DNA of 45,377 nt from Anaerolineaceae bacterium (GTDB taxonomy: Bacteria > Chloroflexota > Anaerolineae > Anaerolineales > Anaerolineaceae): assembly GCA_034428855.1 (NCBI GenBank), contig DAOUGX010000001.1, forward strand, positions 1 through 45,377, read 5' to 3'. Made by a program: the position numbers and the translations under genes. Position 1 is the stretch's first letter. Every line of letters starts with the position of its first letter. The notes beneath the pieces were generated by a model. That model ran no database searches, was not told the origin of the DNA, and saw only the letters and a list, made by a program, of their open reading frames with translations. This document shows, in pieces, positions 10,676-17,489 of this stretch.

Positions 10676-11413
10676 TTACTGTAATGATCTCTGCAAATTC
10701 GAAAGTTGACCGGCAACCGAACCATCAACCACCCGATCACCAACTTTCACAACCAGACCACCTAAAATGGAAGGGTCAACTTTAAAACTGATACTTGCCG
10801 TATCACCAATTTTACTAAGAACGTCCTGTTTAACTGTTTTTTGTTCCTCAGGTGTCAAAGGTAAGGCACTTGTCACTTCAGCTCCTGAACCGGAAACTGA
10901 TTGATCGTCAATGACAGTAACTCTACCATTTTTAACCCCACTGAAGAATTCTGACAGGAGGGTTCTTTGACGTTTCTCATCTAAAGCTTCTCCGATCAAT
11001 TTCTGGGCAGCTGCAATAGCGATTGCAGAGACGTCACCACGCATTTCACTTAATAAACGTACGCGTTCTTCTTCAACTTCTGACAAGGCAACTTCTCTTT
11101 GTTTTTCAATACCTTGTTTGGCTTCTGCAACCATTTCTTTTTGTAGAACTTCTACCCTCGAGGTCGTTTCTCGAATAATGTCATTGGCTTTTAATTGTGC
11201 CTCGCCAATGATCTTATCCGCGGCTTTTTCAGCAGTGGCGCGTGCATCAGCAGCAATTCGTGCATCTTCAAGACCCTGGGCGATTTTTATTCTTCGTTCC
11301 TCTAACATTTTTGTGACAGGTTTAAATACCCAGGCGCGTAACACAACATAAATTATTGCAAAATTAACGATGTGTACAAGTAAAAAACCAAGATTAATAC
11401 CTAGTTTCTCCAA
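10676..11413 (-). CDS. atpF: ATP synthase subunit b fused to the C-terminal domain of subunit delta (OSCP)
   Basis: N-terminal TM helix plus a long charged coiled coil (b subunit, through ~AAQKLIGEALDEKRQRTLLSEFF). After a Ser/Gly linker comes EVTSALPLTPEEQ...FKVDPSILGGLVVKVGDRVVDGSVAGQLSNLQRSL, which matches the delta/OSCP C-terminus. Confidence 0.85.
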   Translation of the reverse strand: MEKLGINLGFLLVHIVNFAIIYVVLRAWVFKPVTKMLEERRIKIAQGLEDARIAADARATAEKAADKIIGEAQLKANDIIRETTSRVEVLQKEMVAEAKQGIEKQREVALSEVEEERVRLLSEMRGDVSAIAIAAAQKLIGEALDEKRQRTLLSEFFSGVKNGRVTVIDDQSVSGSGAEVTSALPLTPEEQKTVKQDVLSKIGDTASISFKVDPSILGGLVVKVGDRVVDGSVAGQLSNLQRSLQ

Positions 11414-11432
11414 GGTCAGCTCCTTTCAAGCA

Positions 11433-11669
11433 TTAAAGAACGAATAACATTAAGAATGCAATTACCAGACAATAGATGGCAATTGCTTCAGAAAATGCAA
11501 TACCAAGAATCATATTTGTAAATAGGTTTCCATAAGCATCAGGATTTCGAGCCATTCCGTTTAATGCTCCATGAACACTCAAACCGATTCCAATACCTGC
11601 ACCTAATGCACCAATCATCGAAAGACCCGCACCGATAAATTTAGCAGCTAAAATCAAATCACCTGTCAT
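11433..11669 (-). CDS. atpE: ATP synthase F0 subunit c
   Basis: 78-aa hairpin protein with a GxGxGxG helix, an ARNP loop, and the ion-binding Glu in AFSEAIAIY. Confidence 0.95.
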   Translation of the reverse strand: MTGDLILAAKFIGAGLSMIGALGAGIGIGLSVHGALNGMARNPDAYGNLFTNMILGIAFSEAIAIYCLVIAFLMLFVL

Positions 11670-11689
11670 TTTTCCTCCATAAATTATTA

Positions 11690-12664
11690 TTAATGTTCAT
11701 CATGGTCACCATGACCTTGTGTTGCCTGAGCCATAAAGACCAAAGTCAGCATTCCAAACACAAACGCCTGGATTACACCCATAAAAAGTTCAAAAGCAAA
11801 AATCAAAGATGGCACAAACACTGGAACCATTGCACCAACCAATGCAACTAAAACAGTTCCTGAAAACATCACGCCAAATAGACGAAAAGAAAACGAAAGT
11901 ATTTTAGCTAATTCGGAAATCAACTCAAGTATTCCAACAATAAAATCCATAAAACCCAAAAAAGGTTTCTTAAATATTGTTGTAAAATTCAAGAATTTTG
12001 AAAAGTATCGAACTCCTTGAGCACGGATACCGATCACTTGGACCATAACAACCGATATTAAAGCTAAGGCGATGGTGAAGTTTAGATCGGTTGATAAACC
12101 TCTAAAGAATGGAGTAACAATATAGCCTTCTCCTTCGTGAGCCAACTCGGGAGTAAGGATATTCCAATTTCCACCAATATTCTGGGTGACGTATCCATGA
12201 TCAGCATGATGCATAATACCGATTGTCTCTACTCCAGGAATTAATTTAGTAAGGTTTGCGACAAGGACCAAAACAAAAATGGTCGCAAACCAGGGGAAGA
12301 TCTGTTTAGCATATTTTCCAGCTGATGTTTCAGTAAGGTTATAAAGTGCTTCAACAAGCATCTCAAAGATTGCAGCAACCCCTTTCGGGACCAGATTACC
12401 GCCTTTAAAGCCTTTCCTCACCAACAAAGCCAAAATGATTATGATGAGATCAACCACCAACATGGATGGTAGTGTATTGACCAGATAGAAATCACCAATA
12501 ATTGGTAAAGTAAAGATTGGCTCAAGTAGAATTCTTTCTGGGGCAACTTGAATATGCGGTTGGATCGGCATGGCTATGAAATTAACGATAATGATTGTTA
12601 CGAGAATTAAGCCAAAAATCCACCAGCGATTTACACCCCAACGCCACTTATGAGTATTTTCCAA
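11690..12664 (-). CDS. atpB: ATP synthase F0 subunit a
   Basis: C-terminal LSFSFRLFGVMFSG (essential Arg) and ELFMGVIQAFVF motifs. The track ORF runs to 12736. TTG at 12664 is preferred because AAGGAGA lies 6 nt upstream and it limits overlap with the upstream ORF to 17 nt. Confidence 0.88.
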   Translation of the reverse strand: MENTHKWRWGVNRWWIFGLILVTIIIVNFIAMPIQPHIQVAPERILLEPIFTLPIIGDFYLVNTLPSMLVVDLIIIILALLVRKGFKGGNLVPKGVAAIFEMLVEALYNLTETSAGKYAKQIFPWFATIFVLVLVANLTKLIPGVETIGIMHHADHGYVTQNIGGNWNILTPELAHEGEGYIVTPFFRGLSTDLNFTIALALISVVMVQVIGIRAQGVRYFSKFLNFTTIFKKPFLGFMDFIVGILELISELAKILSFSFRLFGVMFSGTVLVALVGAMVPVFVPSLIFAFELFMGVIQAFVFGMLTLVFMAQATQGHGDHDEH

Positions 12665-12956
12665 GGTCTGTCTCCTTTGATTCTTTATGTAAATTTGATT
12701 GGTTGATTTTGATTTTCGATAATGCAAAACGCACAATATATATCATTACAGCTAACGAAACTGGAATACTTACTATTAATAATCCAACCGTGAAAATTGG
12801 CTTTGATTCATAATGATTATCTAACCAAAGTCCCCCTAAAACAGCACCTAAAATAATGACAAATGTCAAACAACCGACCTGTGCAACTACACTGGCAAGA
12901 GTTAAATTGAATATTTTCGTTTTTTGATCAACAGGTGCCGGTTTCTCAGATTGCAT
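12648..12956 (-). CDS. AtpZ/AtpI-like small membrane protein of the atp operon
   Basis: 102 aa with two TM helices and the G..LG..WLD pattern (LGAVLGGLWLDNHY). Sits first in the atp cluster. No SD upstream. Confidence 0.55.
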   Translation of the reverse strand: MQSEKPAPVDQKTKIFNLTLASVVAQVGCLTFVIILGAVLGGLWLDNHYESKPIFTVGLLIVSIPVSLAVMIYIVRFALSKIKINQSNLHKESKETDLGKYS

Positions 12957-12964
12957 AATAAAAA

Positions 12965-12993
12965 ATTATATCAGATTTAAAAATGAGCATCAA
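12965..12993 (-). promoter_or_regulatory. Sigma70-like promoter in the nuoN-atpZ gap
   Basis: Minus strand: TTGATG (12993-12988), 17-nt spacer ending in TG, TATAAT (12970-12965). Only 8 nt separate the -10 from the atpZ-like ATG (12956). Confidence 0.45.
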
Positions 12994-14450
12994 TGAATAA
13001 GCATCAGGTTTGTAGAAGCGATTTCTAGCCAATTTATCCAGGGAGAAAAGATCACCCCTAAAACGATAATACCCACGACACATACAGCTAAAGCCACTTT
13101 CCATCCTGTATACACAGGTTGAGATTGAGCATCATCATCATCATTAAATGTAATTCGCAAAACAGTCAGATAATAGTAAAGAGCAATAATGGAATTGAGA
13201 ATACCAATTATTAATAACCACACTAAGCCGGCATCCATCGCTGCCATAAAAACCAAAATTTTGCTAATGAAACCTCCAAATGGAGGAATCCCCGCAAGCG
13301 ATAATACCGCAATGAGAAATATCAATCCAAGACCAGGTGATCGTTTCATTAAGCCTTTGAAAGACTCTATTTCAGTTGAATTCTTTGATTTTTCAATGAT
13401 ATGTATCAACCCAAAAATCGCCAAGTTAGTAAACAAATAAGCCAATAAATAATACATTGCTGCACGAAAACCAATTGTTGTTCCAGACGCAATTCCTATG
13501 AGCATGTAACCTGCATGCGCAATTGAGGAATAAGCGAATAAGCGTTTGATATCTTTTTGTACCAATGCCAATAGATTCCCAACAAACATGGATGCTGTCG
13601 CAATTAAAGCAAATAACAAAGACCAGGATTGCGGTTCATGTGAATAAATGGACACCATGAATCTCATAATAACTACAAAGCCAACAGCTTTTGAAGCGGT
13701 GGAAAGATAACCGGCAATTGGCGTTGGTGCTCCTTGATAGGCATCTGGAGCCCAAAAATGGAATGGGAATCCTGAAATTTTTGCCCCGAACCCTACAACG
13801 GTTAACAATAAAATGAAAATAGATAATCCTGTCGAAATTTTTCCAGCTTCGATTGCAGCTAAAATTTGCGGGTAATATGTGCTCCCCGAAAATCCATACA
13901 AAAGACTAAAACCATAAAGTAATACTGCTGAAGTAAACGCACCAAATAGAAAATATTTCAAACCACTTTCAATAGATAAATTATTCCTGGTAAGGAATCC
14001 AACCAACACGTATAACGGAATAGCTGTTGTTTCAATTGCCAGGTAAAGCAGGATGATGTTGGAAGATGCGACCATCATACTCATTCCAACGACACTCAGT
14101 AGTAACATGGCGTAGTATTCACCTTTGTTATTTACTTCCTGATGATACGATGAAAATAAAGTTGTAATCGCTGCGCCAACCATCACCAATAATTGAAATG
14201 TGTAACTGGCTGCATCGACACGAATCATTCCCCCCCAGGCATAATTAGTTTCTTTCCCTGGAGACAGAAATAGTATTGAAAAAATCGTGATCAGGGTTAA
14301 CCCAACAAATGAAACCCAACTGAGCAAATTTCCATTTGGTTGTTTTTTCTTGAAGATATCGATGACCATAATGATCGCGATTAAAAAAACCAACAGAATT
14401 TCTGGCAAAATGGCAATCAAATCAAAATTTGTGATCAGGGAAGACCCCAT
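12990..14450 (-). CDS. nuoN: NADH-quinone oxidoreductase subunit N
   Basis: 14-TM antiporter-like protein with the N-type motif HFWAPDAYQGAPTPIAGYLSTASK. The start abuts the upstream stop (TAAATG). Confidence 0.92.
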   Translation of the reverse strand: MGSSLITNFDLIAILPEILLVFLIAIIMVIDIFKKKQPNGNLLSWVSFVGLTLITIFSILFLSPGKETNYAWGGMIRVDAASYTFQLLVMVGAAITTLFSSYHQEVNNKGEYYAMLLLSVVGMSMMVASSNIILLYLAIETTAIPLYVLVGFLTRNNLSIESGLKYFLFGAFTSAVLLYGFSLLYGFSGSTYYPQILAAIEAGKISTGLSIFILLLTVVGFGAKISGFPFHFWAPDAYQGAPTPIAGYLSTASKAVGFVVIMRFMVSIYSHEPQSWSLLFALIATASMFVGNLLALVQKDIKRLFAYSSIAHAGYMLIGIASGTTIGFRAAMYYLLAYLFTNLAIFGLIHIIEKSKNSTEIESFKGLMKRSPGLGLIFLIAVLSLAGIPPFGGFISKILVFMAAMDAGLVWLLIIGILNSIIALYYYLTVLRITFNDDDDAQSQPVYTGWKVALAVCVVGIIVLGVIFSPWINWLEIASTNLMLIH

Positions 14451-15923
14451 TTATGCACCTCCAAGTAATGCCAGAATGTGATTGACGCCAGTTTCAATTA
14501 ATGGAACCATCAATCCTGGTACCAATCCAATTACGATCATAAACAAGCTCAATAATCCGATAACTATTTTATCTTTTACTGAAATATCCATGATTTTTCC
14601 TGCAAACCCCTCAGGTAAATCTCCAAAAAAGACTTTGCGAACAACAAGTAAAATATATGCGGCTGTTACCACGATGGAAATGACAGAAATGATAGCCACG
14701 ATTGGAGCGACTTGCCAGACACCCATATAAATTGGAATTTCTGCGATAAACCCGGAAAGACCTGGCATTCCCATAGAAACCAACCCACCAATGACAAAAC
14801 CAACCATCGCCCAGGGCATCACTTTATACAGTCCTCCCAAGGATGCAATGTCACGGGTGTGGGTACGATCATAAACCATACCAACGATAGAAAAGAATAG
14901 TGCAGTCATCACTCCATGTGAAAACATTTGCAGGCCTGCACCTAATAATCCGTTGTAATTTAAGGATGCAAATCCTATCAAGACCAATCCCATATGCGAT
15001 ACAGATGAAAAACCAATAACATACTTAAAATCTTTTTGAATCATGGCGATAAATGCGCCATAGACAACATTAATGGTAGCTAATACCAAAATCCAGTTCG
15101 CCCAATATCTCGCACCCTCTGGCATCAGCATAATTCCCACCCGTAAAGCTGCAAATACACCAACTTTCATTTCAACACCGGCTAGCAACATGGAGATCGC
15201 AGTTGGAGCGGCAACATGTCCATCCGGAGCCCAGGAGTGAAATGGGAATATACCTCCTAAAATAGCGAAACCGAGAAAAACAAATGGGAACCAGATTCTC
15301 TGCATTTCAACAGAAAAACCTGCTTTTTCTAAAAGTAAAAGATCAAATGACCGTTCAGGTGAAGCTTGATACATTGCTAAAGCACCAATCAAAGCCAAAA
15401 CAGATCCAATGAACAAATACAATGTAAGCTTCATACCGCCATAATTACGGGTTTTAGGATACCCCCATATCACAATCATCAAGTACTTTGGAAAAACCGC
15501 TAATTCGAGGAAAAAGAAGAGCAGGAATAAATCCAGGGAGGCAAAAACGCCTAACACACTGGTCGCTAAAAACATCAGGTAGGAGAAAAATTCATTCGGA
15601 CGGTTATCAACATTCCATGAAACCATTACCCCTGACAAAACCACCAAACCAGTCATCACCAGCATTGCCACCCCTATCCCATCAACTCCGAGGTGATAGG
15701 AAATACCTAACTGGGGTAGCCAGGAAATATATTCAATAAATTGATACCCAGCTTGCTGGATGTTATAACTAGCCCAGATAACAAGCGTCAACAGGAATAC
15801 CAAGCTGGAAGCAACCAATGCAATTGGTCTTATCCAATTTGATTTTTGACGGCCAACGAAAAGGATCAACAGCCCGGCAATTAATGGGACAAAAATGGTC
15901 ACACTCAGGATAGGAAAATCCAT
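14451..15923 (-). CDS. nuoM: NADH-quinone oxidoreductase subunit M, second (divergent) copy
   Basis: Antiporter-like protein of 490 aa with the M-like motif WAPDGHVAAPTAISMLLAGVEMKVG and a TM5 Glu (FFFLELAVFP). GAGGTG RBS in the 12-nt gap. Confidence 0.85.
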   Translation of the reverse strand: MDFPILSVTIFVPLIAGLLILFVGRQKSNWIRPIALVASSLVFLLTLVIWASYNIQQAGYQFIEYISWLPQLGISYHLGVDGIGVAMLVMTGLVVLSGVMVSWNVDNRPNEFFSYLMFLATSVLGVFASLDLFLLFFFLELAVFPKYLMIVIWGYPKTRNYGGMKLTLYLFIGSVLALIGALAMYQASPERSFDLLLLEKAGFSVEMQRIWFPFVFLGFAILGGIFPFHSWAPDGHVAAPTAISMLLAGVEMKVGVFAALRVGIMLMPEGARYWANWILVLATINVVYGAFIAMIQKDFKYVIGFSSVSHMGLVLIGFASLNYNGLLGAGLQMFSHGVMTALFFSIVGMVYDRTHTRDIASLGGLYKVMPWAMVGFVIGGLVSMGMPGLSGFIAEIPIYMGVWQVAPIVAIISVISIVVTAAYILLVVRKVFFGDLPEGFAGKIMDISVKDKIVIGLLSLFMIVIGLVPGLMVPLIETGVNHILALLGGA

Positions 15924-15935
15924 TCCATCACCTCT

Positions 15936-17468
15936 TTAGAAGAAAAAATTGACTGCATGATTTATTAATTCCAATATTGACGCTGGCCAAACACCTATCC
16001 AAAGCATCAGGACCATTAATGGTGCAATTACCCAGACCTCACGATTATAGATCTCAGGTATGGATAACCAGCGATCATTTCTTGGACCATGCAATACGCC
16101 AGCGATGGCTTTCAGAATATACACACCTGTGAAGAAAAGGCCTATCATGGATACCATTGTGGCTAATGGGAAAATTCCCCATGCTCCCCGAACTACCATG
16201 AATTCCGAGATAAATCCATTCAGTCCAGGAAGACCTAAAGCAGCCATGGCGGTAAAAATAAAAATCGCTCCATATCGCGGCAGGATAGGCCACAAACCAC
16301 CTAGTTCATCCAATTGTCTGGTATGGGTGCGGTCATAGATTACACCAACCAGGAAAAACATACCTGCAGAAGTTAAACCGTGATTGAACATTTGTAATAC
16401 TGCGCCATTTAAAGCAATTGTTGCACTTTCAATAATGCCATTGTCGGGCGATTTCCACGCAAATGCAGCCGCAGCAATTCCCAGGACAACAAAGCCCATA
16501 TGATTGATGGATGAATAAGCTACCAGCCTTTTTAAGTCTTTTTGGGCAAAGGCTGCTAATGCACCAAAAATAATCGCTGTCGTGGCCAGAACCGCCAGTG
16601 CCCCTGCGTAGCGATGCGATTCAACCGGGAAAAACGGAATGACCAATCGAATAAATCCATAAGCACCTAATTTGAGCAACACACCTGCTAATATCATTGA
16701 ACCAGCAGTCGGAGCTTCGGTATGAGCATCGGGAAGCCAGGTGTGAACTGGCCACACAGGTACTTTGATTGCAAACGCCAACACGAATGCCCAGAAAGCA
16801 ATTGTTTTTACGGAAGACAATGATAACCCTAAGGGAATTGCTTTTTGGAAATTAATTTCAGATAGATTTGGCCATAATTCATAGAGCTTCACGAGGTCAA
16901 AAGTACCGGTTGTAATTCCAACAATTTGGATGGATAGCAAGAGACCCAATGAGCCTGCCATGGTAACCAGTATAAATTTCAAGGCAGCATAATTTCGTTT
17001 AGCTCCACCCCATTGATTAATTAGAAAATACATTGGGATTAATCCAATTTCCCAAAACAAGAAAAATACCAGCAAATCTAAAGAAATGAAAACTCCAAGA
17101 ACTCCCGTTTCCAAAAATAAAAACAAGGCCATATATGCCTTTATCTGGTCTTTGACACCAAATGATGCAAGGATAGCCAATGGAGTGAGTAAAGTCGAGA
17201 GGAGAACCATGGGTAAAGAAATGCCATCAATTCCAAAATGGAATGAAGAACCTATTGCAGAAAACCAGGGCAATCTGGTTTCAAATTGGAAACCTGCCAA
17301 CGATTTATCAAACTGAAACCATAATAGAATCGATAAAAAGAAGGGGATTAAGGAACTTGCAAACGCAATCCATCGTGTTGTGTTCTTATCTTTGGTTGGT
17401 AAGATCACAATTAATATGGCTGCAACCGTTGGAAGTAATAGAATGTAAAGAAGTAGGTTATTTTCCAT
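15936..17468 (-). CDS. nuoM: NADH-quinone oxidoreductase subunit M (canonical copy)
   Basis: WLPDAHTEAPTAGSMILAGVLLKLGAYG and FLFWEIGLIPMYFLI. The track ORF starts at TTG 17486. ATG 17468 is preferred because AAGGAA lies 6 nt upstream. Confidence 0.92.
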   Translation of the reverse strand: MENNLLLYILLLPTVAAILIVILPTKDKNTTRWIAFASSLIPFFLSILLWFQFDKSLAGFQFETRLPWFSAIGSSFHFGIDGISLPMVLLSTLLTPLAILASFGVKDQIKAYMALFLFLETGVLGVFISLDLLVFFLFWEIGLIPMYFLINQWGGAKRNYAALKFILVTMAGSLGLLLSIQIVGITTGTFDLVKLYELWPNLSEINFQKAIPLGLSLSSVKTIAFWAFVLAFAIKVPVWPVHTWLPDAHTEAPTAGSMILAGVLLKLGAYGFIRLVIPFFPVESHRYAGALAVLATTAIIFGALAAFAQKDLKRLVAYSSINHMGFVVLGIAAAAFAWKSPDNGIIESATIALNGAVLQMFNHGLTSAGMFFLVGVIYDRTHTRQLDELGGLWPILPRYGAIFIFTAMAALGLPGLNGFISEFMVVRGAWGIFPLATMVSMIGLFFTGVYILKAIAGVLHGPRNDRWLSIPEIYNREVWVIAPLMVLMLWIGVWPASILELINHAVNFFF

Positions 17469-17489
17469 TATCATTTCCTTAATCAATTC

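Noticed and set aside
12665-12736. 24-codon N-terminal extension of the atpB ORF (MCVLHYRKSKSTNQ...)
   Set aside because: The extension would overlap the atpZ-like ORF by about 90 nt and has no RBS. The in-frame TTG at 12664 is preceded by AAGGAGA at ideal spacing.
10676-12956. Possibility that the F0-only cluster is an N-type (Na+) ATPase operon
   Set aside because: The N-ATPase operons I recall interleave F1 genes with atpQ/atpR, and none are present here. The c subunit has Glu followed by Ala (FSEAIA) and lacks the Gln/Ser/Thr Na+-binding pattern.
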